From Chrysomallon squamiferum (taxonomy: Eukaryota; Animalia; Mollusca), in assembly GCA_012295275.1 (NCBI GenBank), contig CM022671.1, positions 25,048,001 to 25,112,000 of the forward strand: a stretch of DNA of 64,000 nucleotides, read 5' to 3'. A program made the translations under genes and the position numbers. Each line of letters begins with the position of its first letter. Position 1 is the first letter of the stretch. Shown here piece after piece: positions 1-13,432 of this stretch. The notes below the pieces were generated by a model. That model was not told the DNA's origin. It searched no databases and saw only the letters and a list, made by a program, of their open reading frames with translations.

Positions 1-1
1 A

Positions 2-133
2 ATGTATCCTTCAGTCAAACTTTTTATATATTTAAATGTGACGCGAAATTTGAGACGTACTTCGTTCAAATCGTGTACATGTATTTGGAGATATAACACA
101 CTTCACAGGAATGATAAAAATGTGGCAACATAA
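2..133 (+). CDS. 3' end of another cluster 7TM receptor (TM7-helix 8), cut by the window edge; intact or pseudogene unknown
   Basis: Translates MYPSVKLFIYLNVTRNLRRTSFKSCTC...VAT*, matching MYPSIKLFIYLVMMRNFRRTAVQMC of the 44043 gene; TAA at 131-133. Confidence 0.7.
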   Translation: MYPSVKLFIYLNVTRNLRRTSFKSCTCIWRYNTLHRNDKNVAT

Positions 134-929
134 AAAAATATGGAAAGTTTACGTTGACATCCGTTTTACTGAATGTAGCACTATTGGTGCTTAAGGTAAA
201 GATTCTATAGAAATATAAAAATGACTCCATTAACGGAATATTAGTTCTGATCAAATGAATGATACTATATCTGCCATTTGTAGTTTTCTCGGTTTTACAT
301 ATACTGTTAATATAACTTTGCTTTGAAACACTGGGTAATGCATATCTCAGAATACATTGCAGACAAAGCAAATCATCTTTGCATGATCCCCTCTTCAAAC
401 AAATACTTTCTTATTTTTGAAATTTAAGTGCAGGTATAGTAATATTACTAAACATAGTTACGGTTATCAAGGCTTTATTATACTGTACTAATACATTTTC
501 TTATTACGTTGTGTTCTTTTTCTTTCCAATAAGCATTTTTTAATTTTTCTTATTAGTATTTGTTGCAAAAGAATTTGAATAATGTGATTAAGATAAAGAA
601 AAAAGACAAGTTTTTTTCCAGCATTAAAAATGTATAATTTCAACGAAATTTAATACAAAGAGACAAAATGAAATGAAACAAATTTAAATGGTAAATTCAA
701 CATTATTTCCATTTTATTTTTCTATGAAAATACCTGAATCATTAACAAACTATGCTCAGACTTCTGCAGCAAATTATGAATATCGTAGAATGGAAACAAT
801 TATTAATGACTTGGAATGAACTGTTTTACTGGTAGAACAAGTTATGTATATAAAAATGCTTTACAGAATGAGTATATTAATTTACAGTCTTTGCTTTAAT
901 TTTGTGTGATTTATTCCGTGATTTCTTCA

Positions 930-1085
930 AATCACTGAGAGTGTTTAACTGAGATCGTCAGACACCAGAAAACTGCAGTTTTCACCAACTGTTACAACAC
1001 GAGAGCTGTATAAAGTAAAATTCTTTTGGATTGAAGTTTTTCATTTTTCATACACTGTTACAACTTCCATACAGTAAAGTCATAA
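930..1085 (+). pseudogene. Degraded 7TM receptor fragment (TM5-ICL3-TM6), 44043-type
   Basis: gagatcgtcagacaccagaaaactgcagttttcaccaactgttacaac matches IVRHQKTAVLTNCYN of the 44043 gene; indels, no ORF. Confidence 0.8.
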
Positions 1086-1239
1086 TTAATGCAGTGAAAT
1101 GAAATAAAACAATCTGACGAAAAATTCATTTAATAATAAGCAAATTTATGTTCTACATAAATTTAAAAATGAGACAATTCATATATTTCTATCGACATGT
1201 TCCACATAACATTAAAAATCTTAATTCTAATTTTCCATG

Positions 1240-1870
1240 ATTTACTCCGCAATTCTTTCGTATGTATAGTGTCTGAATCGATGAAAAGTTGACGATAATC
1301 AGTGTTTATTTTAAAAACGTAATTACGAAAGTGTAATGTTTTGATCAAAAACCTGCAATAGTCCAGATAAATATAATTCTTTTAAATACTTTTTGAAACG
1401 TCACGGTGTGTTGTCCCTGTAATGTATATTCATCTAATTTCAAATGAGATATCTCGTATATTTCCATCGACATGTTCCACGTTACATTAGAAATCAGATA
1501 TCGTATATATTTCCATCGACATGTTCTACGAAACATTAAAAATAAGATATCTCGTAAATTTCCATCGACATATTCTACGTAACATGAAAAATCAGTTATC
1601 TCGTTAATTTCCACCGACTTGTTCAACACTTTAATTTAGCAATGTTTGCTTGAATTCTACTTGATTTACTCCGCAGTTCTTTAATATGTACAGTATTCGA
1701 ATCGTTCAAAAGTTGACATTAATCAGCGTTTATTTCAAAAATTTAATTACGAAAGTATGTTTTGCTCAGGATTGTGTTGATAACCTACAATAGTCCAGAT
1801 AAATATAATTCTTTTAAATACTTTTGAAATTTCACTGTTTGTTGTCCCTGTAATGTATATTCATCTAATT
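1240..1870. repeat. Local duplication: ~200-bp block at ~1240-1440 repeated at ~1665-1870
   Basis: Shared strings tttactccgca..., caatagtccagataaatataattcttttaaatac, gttgtccctgtaatgtatattcatctaattt. Confidence 0.8.
1448..1630. repeat. 49-bp minisatellite, ~4 copies
   Basis: tttcca(t/c)cgac recurs at 1461, 1510, 1559, 1608 (period 49); related copies near 1185 and 35425. Confidence 0.85.
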
Positions 1871-1943
1871 TGAATTGTTCTATAAAACCAATGACATTTG
1901 AAGTTAACTTTCTTTCGTTCAGTCAGTTTATTTATTTATATAT

Positions 1944-1982
<39 letters not shown>

Positions 1983-2369
1983 TTATTTGTATTATTCTCT
2001 GTTTGTTTCTGTTCTTTTATTCTTGACGTTCTTTACATAGTCAAAATAGTAGTAGTAGTAGTAGTAGCTGTTGTTGTAGTTGTTGTTATTATAGCAGTAA
2101 TAATAGTTAGTAGCAGTTTATTTTTTGTACCGTATATAAAGTTAATTAGATTATCAAAAGTGTTGATGTTTTTTCTTTTTATTATTATTGCTATTACTAT
2201 TATTATTGTCATCTTCATCATCAAAAATCATGTTAGAACATAATTATTTTATCAATAGCATGCTGAATATAACATGACTATGTAACACTGATATAAAAGC
2301 AAATAAATAAATAGCAATATTTTACTAATGATCTCTTTTGTGAATTCTCAGTAATATTCACTTGTCTCC

Positions 2370-2750
2370 ATTATTAAAACAACTCGTACAATACACAGAA
2401 TCACGTACTTCGTCAACATTTCTTCTGATGTTTAATTTATCCTCTCGTGTCCTATCCAGAAAAACATTTAACAGAGGCAAAGGCTGCAACCAAAGCCATT
2501 ATAAACATTAGTTTTGACTCTTAGAAACAGGCTATTAGAAATGTCGCAGTGTTTAAATGTTATATCATTTTGGCTAGAAGTGTCTTAATCATAAAGTGGC
2601 CTATGACACAGACAAGAATCCAGGATTTTGCAGCAGTCATCACTATGAAGATGTTTAAAAATCTCACACTATAACACAGCTTTGTGCTATAATTGTATCT
2701 TTAGAGAACATATCAGAGATATTAGCTACAGTCATTATCATGCTTAAACC
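2370..2750 (-). pseudogene. Degraded antisense 7TM receptor remnant (TM1-TM3 plus TM5 piece)
   Basis: Reverse complement gives NIFIVMTAAKSWIL..VIGHFMIK..LAASVKCF-like text; homologous to 14090-14810. Confidence 0.7.
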
Positions 2751-4115
2751 CTGTTCAAAATGATTATGGCATTCATTCAATTTTCTAATAGAATCTTAAC
2801 AGTTGTACACTTACTCACGAAAAGTATTAATAAATATTAAACTATTATTTGAAAACGGAATATATTGTTCCTTAGAGGAAATACCCTCACGCATATTTTA
2901 TTTTTTTAATTTTGACTGTTATTTCGAAAGTGTTTCACATCTTATCTTCCTATACACCGACAATTCTCTTATAGATAATTATGTGTGCATATGTGTATAT
3001 ATATGAATGTATGTATGTATGCATATATGTATGTGTGTATGTATGCATGTATATATGTATGTATGTGTGTATTTAAGTGTGTATGTGTACATGTATGTAT
3101 GTATGTATGTTTGTATGTATGTGCATGTGTCAATGTGAGCACTGACCGCTAGATGTATTACCAAAGAAACATCGAGTTGTATCTAGGTTTACCAACAATA
3201 AGATCATGATATAATACTAAGTGTGCGTGTGTGTGTGCGTGTGTGTGTACGAGTGCGTGTGCGTGTGTGCGTGTGTATGTGCGAATGTGTTTGTGTGTAA
3301 AAGCGTAAAATGTTTCATTAAAAATAAATAAAACAAAATAAAAACGGAAAATTTGTTATAATTTTCCTTGTGTAATGTTATATGACCTATATTTTATGTC
3401 TTCGATTGCTTTACTTAATATTAATACACATGTATCTCTCTACGTATCTACGAGAATAAACATTACTTAGTAAATCCCTGAAGAATGACGTCACGGTACA
3501 TATACACACAAAAGCACACACAGAGACACATACAGTCACATATACTACACACAGATAGACACATATACACACAAATACACACACGCACATACATACACAC
3601 ATTCGTACAAAATCTTATACATTTACATCTACAAAAATGTTCCGGGTTGATAGCGTAACAACAGTTTTGTGATTTTTTTCAGCGTATTTCCACAAAAGTT
3701 ATGAAAGTAACGCACTCCATCAGCATGAATATAGTTTGGTGATTAGAGTGAAGGGAATTACCAGTTATCAATAAAGATGCCGTGGTATTATTGTCTATCG
3801 TTATGAAGTTACACACACATACACACATATTAGCATTTGTCATTCTGCATACCTACCTAACTACCTTCCTATCTCTCGCGATTATTTGTTTACCTCTGAA
3901 TGAATGTGACGGGAGAAAAAGTAAAAAACTCACAGAAACACTTAATAACGAAGAGAGGTTGAACAACGAACTTAAGCGATCGCCATGTCACCTTCTGAAA
4001 CTAACAATATAATTACAAAGTACAAACCCACCAATTTCTCTAAAACCAAAACGACCTTTTGTTATACAACCAGTAGACAGGAAGATACACTACCTGCCTC
4101 TATATGTAGTTCATG

Positions 4116-4194
4116 CTGTCAATCAAATTTTTCAGTATATAAATTAGTTTTACACGTTAACCAATGAGAAGCATTAGAAACTAGAGTATAAAAG
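4116..4194 (+). promoter_or_regulatory. Promoter module: CTGTCAATCA (4116-4125), CCAAT (4161-4165), TATAAAAG (4187-4194)
   Basis: Canonical motifs in the same order upstream of paralogs. Confidence 0.7.
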
Positions 4195-4543
4195 ATGCAG
4201 AAATCAGCGCATTTACAAATCTGTAGTGAAATGTGTTGTATTCAACTTATTAAGACATGATTTGATTTAACTTCATACAAGTCGTGACCAAAGTACATAG
4301 CAAGAAGAAAAAGGAAAGTAGTTTGGATACGAAAAATTCGAATTGTTCTTGATAAGGATAATTTTCAACGTACAATCATTTTTAGAAAATATTCCGCAGA
4401 AACGAAGAATTTCGGCATTTTTCATTTTCAAGTATTTTACTTTCATTATTGTTTAACGTGTAATACAACAGCGTGAAATCAGGAAAGATTATATGTTCAT
4501 ATAAAAGACTAAGTCGTATATTAATACTGAAGAAGAAACAACG

Positions 4544-5521
4544 ATGTCGGTGAATGTAACCAATTCCTCTGACGTTATATCTAAAGCTATTGTTGCAGGG
4601 GGCAGTTCTGTTATACTGTTTGCATTTTCAACGAGTTTCTTCATACTGGTAGTTCTTGTAAAATCTGCAATGACCTCTGGAGTTATTGGTTTGTTCATGG
4701 TTAACGAAGCTGTGTCAGACATAATGTTTCAAATCAATACAGTAATATATTTTATGAACTCAAAATTTGTCTTCACTTCGGTTTTGATGCCTGCCTTAGC
4801 ATCCGTTAAATGTTTCTCTATGATGGGGTTAGGCATAGTTCTATGTATCGCTATATGCAATCCTTTGAAATATATGGTTTACGTTACTGTGAAGAGAGTG
4901 AAGATATATATGACAGTAATCTGGCTCTGGGTTCCCTTGGTGTTATGTTACGTTTATTTAGAAGGAACGTTTTACACGGTGAATGAACATTCGAAGAGAA
5001 TTGATCCTAACTACACTTCAACGAACTGGTGGGTTGGCGCTCTTAACGTGACAGGTTATGTTGCTGTTCCTTTCATAGTAATTACAGTATGTATGATAAA
5101 AATAACCAGATTTCAAAATGCTGCAATTTTAACTAATTCTAACGTCAAGCAAACAACAGAAAGCAAAATACGTTTGGCTAATTTCAACACGATCATTTTC
5201 ATCACGTACATCGTGACACAGTTGCCATTTCACGTCGTTTACTCCCTTCACATCGTTGATTCACGAGTAATGATATCAGTGATTACCGCCTACTTTTTCT
5301 GGAACTTGATGAAACCCGTTGGTTATTTACTTGTAATGCGCAATTTCAGATATACGGCGATGAACATGTGTTGTCATGTTTGCATAAAGAAAACAAGCGG
5401 TAAAACTACCAAGATAACTTCAGTGAAAGCCGTGCCGATTGGAAACACAGACAAACAACAAAGTACAGAAGTTACCGTTATAAAAACAAGAAATGATTTT
5501 GAAATGAGAGGAGAAAACTAA
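4544..5521 (+). CDS. Intronless atypical class A-like GPCR, 325 aa (clade A, G1)
   Basis: Seven hydrophobic segments; NEAVSD (TM2), IAICNPLKY (TM3/ICL2), W4.50, P5.50, QLP (TM6), KPVGY..RNFR (TM7/H8), CC tail, N-terminal N-glycosylation sequons. Confidence 0.92.
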   Translation: MSVNVTNSSDVISKAIVAGGSSVILFAFSTSFFILVVLVKSAMTSGVIGLFMVNEAVSDIMFQINTVIYFMNSKFVFTSVLMPALASVKCFSMMGLGIVLCIAICNPLKYMVYVTVKRVKIYMTVIWLWVPLVLCYVYLEGTFYTVNEHSKRIDPNYTSTNWWVGALNVTGYVAVPFIVITVCMIKITRFQNAAILTNSNVKQTTESKIRLANFNTIIFITYIVTQLPFHVVYSLHIVDSRVMISVITAYFFWNLMKPVGYLLVMRNFRYTAMNMCCHVCIKKTSGKTTKITSVKAVPIGNTDKQQSTEVTVIKTRNDFEMRGEN

Positions 5522-6251
5522 TAATTAGAGCAGACAATTAAGAAGATGATTTTGTAGTTTAAATCAAACGGAAAAAATAATAGCTACTTTCTTTATATTT
5601 TGTTCAAACGATTCGAGAATATTCTGCAATACTTTCTATATACCATGTCAAAACAGTCCACTCTCAAATATAAGTTTGAGAACGTAGGTCTGAAATAATA
5701 ACTGATGTGCGGGTTGGTTCTGTATATTTGTTCTAGACATTTATATTAATAAAATAATACCCATGAAATATTTATTATTCCTTTAAAATTGTTAAACATA
5801 TTGAAATAATGTTTTGTTTATTCCTAGACTATAGTTTTATTTCTAATCGTCATGCAGTGTATGGATGATATTTGGTGTAATTGCAGTTTTATTTTAATTA
5901 TTACAGCATTAATTTTGAGTTTATCTTTCATTAATGATAATGACTGTGGTAATTATGGTGAAGATGATCATAATCACTATTGTTTTTAGTGATGTATATA
6001 ATATTGTTCATAATAATAATTATGTTCAGAATGACCATGATAAATGTGAATAGCTATATATACAGAAATAATGTGTATCAAAGTGTAAATAAACAAATAA
6101 TATAAACATTTTACTGATGTAAATGTGTGTGTGTGAAATTAATGTTTGTACATCACCATCATCATTGTCATTATTACTATTATTATTGTTCTTTCTTGTT
6201 GTTGTTGTTGTTGTTTGACTGCACTACTCTCAGTTTAGATTAAATAATCTG

Positions 6252-6298
<47 letters not shown>

Positions 6299-6848
6299 AT
6301 ACAGAAGTAATACACAGCTATAAATAAATAAATAATATAACATTTTTGCTGATATAGATATATATCAAAGTAATGCTTGTACATTTATTATGATAATCGT
6401 CATCTCCATTATCATAATTGTTTCTATTATTATTGCTGTTGTTGTTGTAAGTCTGAATGCACTGTTATCAAGTTAGACTAATTAATTTCATAAAAAGTAA
6501 TAAAAAGAACCTCAATTATTGCCAGATTTCGCTAAATCTTCTAAACCCGGAATGTTATTTATCACTTCTAGTGGTATGTTATGGGGTGAATTTTTTAATT
6601 ATTATTTAGAATGAATTTTCTACATTTTCAACATTTAATAACTGGACAAAATAAAAAGTACTCAAAACTTTTGTTCTGAAAAGTTGTAATAATACTAGTA
6701 ATAACAACAGCCTCAGCAACAATAGTAATACGAGTAAATTTATATTAGTAATAGTAGCTGTAGATTGATAGTGGTGGTAATAGTAGGAGCAGAACAATAT
6801 GTAGTATATGTAGGTTAGTAACAGCAATAGCAGTGGCATGAGGTTTTG

Positions 6849-6897
<49 letters not shown>

Positions 6898-8616
6898 AAT
6901 AGTAGTAGTCGTAACAGTAGTAATAGTAGTATAATAGTAACAGTATAGTGGTAGCAGTGATAGTAATAGTATAAAAGTAATAGTACTAATATAGTAGTAG
7001 CTGTAGCATTTGATACATAAATAATGACAATAATCATCATCTTCTTCATTATTAACATCATCATTATTATCAGATCATTATTATTACTATATTATTATTA
7101 TTATTACTAGAAATCATACTTCTTGTAATAGCAGGAACAATACTTGTAGTAGAAATATTTGTAGTAGTAGCAGAAATAGAAGAAGTAGTACTTGTACTTG
7201 TTGTTATGTTCTGTTGTCGTTTTAGAAATAATAGCAATAATACTAACTTTAATATATAACTATATGTTTGTACATGATTATGAATCTGAACTAAAAGGTT
7301 ATTCATGAAGAGTAGAAATACTATTAAACAATTTTTAAATTTTGCATAAGCCAAATATATAAAAGATATTTGGTAAGAAATATATAAACTGGCGCAGATT
7401 TTCCTTTTTAATTATTTACGTTAATCATTTTCTGCGCAATACACAAAACACTGGCAGTCAGAGTTTGATTAAAATCTAAAGGAGAAAAGAAGATTAAAAA
7501 TATATGTATATATTAATATTTTTCTAATAGCTTGGATAATAATATTGAATTTAATTTCAGATCGATAGACTGTAATCCTCAGAACGATATTATTAATATT
7601 TTTATTATTAATAAACATTTTGTTGTGATGTAGGTCTTTTTCATTTGCGATGATTAAATCCTTTCAGCTCGTTTGTTATATATATTTCATTTTTCCAAAA
7701 CTTTTACATTTGAAATGATAAGTTTTACTGTTTTGCCGCCTCGGTTTTTTTTTAATGTTTTTTTTGTTTTTTTTTTTTTTTTTTTTGGTATAATCCATAA
7801 TCCATATTAGCTCAGTTAATTAACACAGAGGACTGCGTCAAACTCATACTTAATAGGCTATTCACAGAACACAGATAAAAAGGTAAAGATCCAAAGTAAT
7901 TTCAAATTAGTAATAAATAGTTTTAAAAAAACAAGTAAAAAAAAAATACAAGAAAGAAGCAAAACGAAAAGAATAATAATATTAAATAAAGAATACTCAT
8001 AGGTTTGTTTTTTATTTTATTTCATTTCTTTATTTGTGTGTTTGTTTAGCAGTTTATTTATTTATTAGTCTGTTTGTTTTATTAATTAGTTTGTTCATTT
8101 GTCGTTTTGTTTGTTTATTTGTTTATTTGTTTGTTTATTTATTTATTTATCAGTTTATTTATTTATTTATTCATTCATTTACTTGTTACTGATATATTTA
8201 TTTATCTTTTTTCTTTTACTTTTCTTTTCTTAATTATGTAAACGTTTATTACACAATTCACTACAAGCATTAACCTGAGTTTTTTTTACATTCCATAGAT
8301 TCTTCAAATCAGGTGTTTCACACCTTACTATTTTAACTTAAACAGAGCAATTCAGAGTGCAGTTAACTATTAAGGTGATTTCAAACATTTACTTTCTTCA
8401 AATAAGATTTTTACACCATAAACACGATGAAAACGATAAATTCATTAATTCAGTATATTTATTATTATCTAATTTCACACCGGAAAAAATATTATAATGA
8501 AAATCAACAAACATAAACTTGAAGTAACATACCTATTGTCTTTTTCGTTTTTGCTGTTGTTATTATTGTTATTATTATTATTATTATTTTTATTTTATAA
8601 ACATATATGAAATTAA

Positions 8617-9146
8617 CTGAAGTACCTTTAATCTGTTCCAGCACCCCAAAAGACAACCAATTTTTTGTGACGTTTTTTGAAATAACAAAAATGTATTTAT
8701 AAATGACAAATATTGTATAAAGATAAAATAAAAGAGAATGTAAAGAAATAAATTCGGCTGGAGTTACATCCTTTATGGTCCATATCGTAAAAACCTAATG
8801 CCTAGCCAAGTCGACGACAAGCATATCTCGCTCAATATTTCTGTGATTTCATGCTTTAATTCAATCAACATCGTCCCCTTCTTTTTCTCAGTACTGTCCT
8901 TTGCACTCACTTTCTTAGGATCCATTGTCAGAAGAAAAAAGAAATCATCGAAATACTGCACAAAACGCGAACATAACAGAAAATAGATAACCATGTAAAG
9001 TAAACGAGTGAGACGAGGGATGTTGGCCGGATGTTGTGTTGTTCGTTGCGCAAACAAGCGGCCATTTATCTGAAGCTCGCTCGTAACTCAGATTTTGGCT
9101 CGGAACTCAAACAAATTTGGTGCACTCGTAAGTTGAGGTACCACTG
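8617..9146 (-). mobile_element. Tigger/pogo-family DNA transposon remnant
   Basis: Minus-strand MDPKKVSAKDSTEKKK..IELKHEI (CENP-B-type HTH N-terminus); terminus reads CAGTGGTACCTCAACTTACGAGTG on the minus strand (9123-9146); absent from paralogous spacers. Left boundary approximate. Confidence 0.8.
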
Positions 9147-10449
9147 TGTATGTATTGGAGAAAAAATAATTTATATTCAGTTTAGTTTCATGCCATGTTA
9201 ACAAAGTACTTAAATTATCATTAGCCTATACAGAGCATGGAAATCAACATATTTGGTTTAATTGTGTTGTCATTCAGCATAATCGAATTAACGTTACCAT
9301 CCACTATATTGTCACACACATGGAAAATATTTTAAATGAACAAAGTAAACAACTCATTGGACTATAACTGAAATTTAATACAATCGCTAGCACACACATA
9401 CATTTTGTTTTTTACGATTTGTACGGATACCAAAGGCAAATTATTTCATAATGAAGTTCAAAGCATTATTCTCGTTTTATTTTTCAGTGAAAATATTTAT
9501 TTAAAAAAAAAAAAAAAAAAATGGAAATAAAACCATGGAAATGTACTCAATTATTCATAAACTATGTTCAGTCTTCTGCAACAATTTATGAATATCGCAG
9601 AACGGGAACAATTATTAATGACTTGGAATGAACTGTTTTACTGTTAGAACAAGTTATTTATATAAAAATACTTTACAGAATGAGTATATTACTTTACAAT
9701 TTTTGCTTTAATTTTATGTGATTTACTCCGTAATTCTCTCAAAATCTGCATGAAAATATCATATACACCTGGCAGACCATTACTGCCATGGGTTCCTAAT
9801 GATAGCCACAGTGACAATATTTACCATATATTAATGTCCCAAGGGTCTTAGAGGAATTTCCAAATTACCTTAAGTCTAAATGAAGAGAAATAAACCTCAT
9901 ACACCTTAATGGTGTTTATGTAAGTTTAGTAAAACCAAAGATTATGTCTTGTGCTTTAGTTGAATCCCTCTCTTATACTTGTATTAAGTTAAGTTACTAT
10001 ACTTTAATGATAATAAAGTATTATAACAAAATTTAAATATCTCATGAAGCCCAACAATTTCACTTTTACCATCAAGTTGTTTCTTTCTTTTTTTGTTTCC
10101 TTCTTCTTCATTTTTGACCCTTTTTTTTTTTTTTTTTTTTTTTTTTTATTTTTTATTTTTTTGAATTTTGAAAAGAAGAGGAATAAATTATAGGTTTAGT
10201 AAATTATATTTATGATAAATTTCAAAAGAAATAGGTGTCTTCTAAGCTCTATAACAATAAATGTGTAGTTTCCAACCTGTAGTCCACACAAAAAATAATA
10301 TAGACCTAAGCTCAAACCGGTCTTTCAAGCATAAGATATGTCACGATGCTTTTTATATCAATCTGCCTATCTATAGACTGTCTGTCTGTGTCTGTCTCTG
10401 GATGTATGTATGTATGTATGTATATATGTATCTATTTATATCAATATCA

Positions 10450-10650
10450 ATTTAATATAGTTGATGGTTTGGTAACTCCTATTTTACACTATGATTCAGA
10501 AGAAAAGGGAAACTTTTTATTGCAAAACTATGAAGGATGTTCAAGTTAATATATTACAACTTCAACTTTTTTTTAAATTAGGACCAAATGCTAGTATTAA
10601 TAAGACTTTTAGGTAAATGTGTTCGATTGTGTTTACATCTTATCTGTAGT
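10450..10650 (+). mobile_element. Degraded LINE ORF2 (post-RT C-terminal) fragment
   Basis: FNIVDGLVTPILHYDSEEKG resembles the LFDSLVxPILxYGxEVWG motif; downstream text resembles 'LLGECGR'. Confidence 0.5.
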
Positions 10651-11747
10651 ACGATTTAAGCATCAAGAAAGGTACCAGACATGAAAGAAAATCTGTACAA
10701 GATTTTTGTAAGCTGGAATATACACGGACATCAGAATTGAACTATTCATGGCGAAGTTAATTATGAACTCACAAAAATACTGAAGTACATTCCAGTGACA
10801 CATTCAACATGGTGTGGAAAAAAAAAAACAGTAATAAGAAAGATACATGAATGAATTTCTGTCAAAGAAACTGATGAAGCTTAAACTTCAGAGCTGCCAA
10901 TACAGGAAGGGACCCCAGAAACGACTTTAATCCATATTGCTTCAAAATTATAATCCAAATCTAAGATAACATAGTTTAAATTAAAAAATAATAATAAAAA
11001 ATAAACATTAAGGTAATCATCTTGGAACAAGCCACTGAAGAAGAAAACAGAGGTTATCCAGACCTCGTTGCTGCTTGCAAAGGGCCACCATAACAGTTCA
11101 GTTCTCAGGGCCCCCTACAGGAAGAAAGTGCGCGACATTCACTATAAAAGAGAAAGCAGATCAACCAGCACAACGTAAAGGTGTAAAAACAATCGCAGTG
11201 AAAACAACTTTGTTTCAGCAGTACACTGAAAGACTACAAATATCTGAAAATAAATTTTTATATGACTTACGTACGCACTCGCCGGAATTCGGTTGATAAA
11301 GGTACGTCAGTCAGGTAGTAACGCTATAGTCTTATTTCATTCGCTGTTGCTTTTAAGGAAAATCCGTGTTTAAATACAAAACTAAAATAAGTTGGGTTTT
11401 TTCCCTTTAAAATATTAATATCAGACTGCAAGGATCGATTATGCATCATTGATTTTCATGAAATAATATTTTTCAGGGTAATTTACCGAATCATAAATCG
11501 ATATATCTTCACAAAAAAAAAGAAGACAAAAATTATAATAAATATAAGCAATAAAACATTTAAACTTTGTATTGCACCCGGATAAAAAGATGTAAATTTA
11601 ATTTTAATGACAGTTAACAGGATGTTACACCCTGTTTAGCTGCAGGTTTTAAAAGATATAAAATCTGTGTGTTTCATCATTAAATCAGAACAGAAATTGA
11701 ACATTTTGAACGAGTTCATATATGTTTTGGGCAGACACTCTTCCAAT

Positions 11748-12057
11748 ATGGTCCGTGTTTTCGAGCTGCCTATTGTTCTGTCAGTGGTTCTGGTTGTTTT
11801 TATCATGAATGTTTCTGAAGCTCGAGATCGTCTAGGCACATTAAAAGCCGATGACGACGTTTCTTCTGCTGAAGTTTCTCCTCTTGAAGTTTCTCCTACT
11901 GAAATTTCTCATGCCAATGTTTCTCTTGCCGATGTCAAACTTCATCATCCTGCACCAAATTCGAGGACAATAATCTAGTTATTTATGTCATGGACCAGAT
12001 ATGCAGAATTTATTAAACTGCAGCAGTAGTAATACAAAGTAAATTTTTGAATTACTA

Positions 12058-12155
<98 letters not shown>

Positions 12156-12322
12156 ATTATATCTTGTATTTCTAAACAGGGTAAATGTGACGAGGTGACT
12201 GAGTGGGCTACACGAGACTGCAGATGGAAGGCAGGGTTATGTCCCTTTGTAGATCAACTTGTTAAACATGGACGAATCATCGCGTACAAGACACTGTGGT
12301 GGAGGGGCGGTTGGACGAAATG
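11748..12322 (+). pseudogene. Disrupted spliced gene for a secreted protein: signal peptide, acidic repeat, ShK-like Cys domain, Trp-rich segment
   Basis: MVRVFELPIVLSVVLVVFIMNVSEA signal peptide at 11748; after a 1-nt shift SYLCHGPDMQNLLNCSSSNT; donor gt at 12039; exon 12180-12322 (cag|...|gtaagt) encodes GKCDEVTEWATRDCRWKAGLCPFVDQLVKHGRIIAYKTLWWRGGWTKW. Confidence 0.65.
12089..12154. repeat. (CT)n microsatellite preceded by (ATT)n, inside the intron of the ShK-like gene
   Basis: Direct reading. Confidence 0.95.
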
Positions 12323-13012
12323 GTAAGTAAATAAGTCCTGATCGTTATAGTTTTAAACGGTTCAATGTAAAAATGAGAGAATTATTAGCGAAAGACTAGT
12401 AATTTAATAATATACATCCTTATCTGTTTATGTATACAATCAGATCTGTAGGCTTGAAGTTGAATTAAGTGTCGTATTTCATGTATTGAATTTTTATGTA
12501 TTGTTATTTTCAAAAGTTTCTGACGGAAAAAGCTTGGCATATCACTACCGAAAATGGTTTTAGTTGATATCATTAGGTATTGCAAACAGGTCACCACATG
12601 ACCACGTGACGATGCTGAATGTATGACGACACGAGGAACATAGCCTTCTCAGGAACTTTCCAGTAATTTTAAATAAAATATTGATTTCTTCTAATAATTT
12701 TATTATTTTGAAATATTAAGATATTACTATTAAAAAACTGCATAAATAACTCAACAGATACCCACCTTCGTCACTTTCTTTGAGTTTTGTACTTAAAAGA
12801 GGTAAACATGTAGTCCCGTGTCAATGACTTCAAAACAAATATCTCTCATACAGTTGTTTGAAAAAAAGTGTATGACAAAAATACAGGTGATGTAAATGAT
12901 TTAACGCCTAGCAGTTTCTTTTGTTCCTTAAATTCGTTCGTTAATGGTTATCGGTTTATCGAATGATCGAAATAAAGAGGTGTATAATTCAGCACATTTA
13001 CTGTTTTTCTCT

Positions 13013-13344
13013 AAGAGATTTTCAAACTGTGGTACGCGTAGCAGTCACCGAAGATACTCGAGTAAAATTCAGTAAAGGCGGAGTCAAAAAGTCAAAAGAA
13101 TATTTGTATTGAAGGCCAAGTAAAGAATAATAATCATCCTCACCGGAAACTCAAAATTGGCCTCGAACCATAATTTGTTATTTTTTAATTTTTATTATTA
13201 TTTTTTTTTTCTTCAAAAATGATGTTACATTATATTTTGTCTAATTAAAGCTCTTCTCACATTGTGTTCAAGTTTTAACTGACGATAATGAAACTGCTCT
13301 TTCTTGATATTTCGAAATGGGTACGCAAAAGTTTGAAACCTCTG
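13013..13344. mobile_element. Non-autonomous hAT (Charlie-like) MITE
   Basis: Imperfect terminal inverted repeats aagagattttcaaactgtggtacgcgta ... tacgcaaaagtttgaaacctctg; no clear 8-bp TSD. Confidence 0.55.
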
Positions 13345-13432
13345 GTCTGTGACATATGGACAAATTAAGGGTAAGGTTTACTGCGTATAGTAATTCGTAA
13401 CCTCAGCTTATTTTAATTTATTTTGTTTTATT

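Noticed and set aside
1448-1630. CRISPR-like regular repeat
   Set aside because: Contiguous monomers without unique spacers, no cas genes, eukaryotic context; the same applies to the repeats at 56290 and 61861.
12577-12640. Candidate next exon of the ShK-like gene
   Set aside because: Both nearby AG acceptors lead to a stop within ~12 codons with no recognisable continuation.
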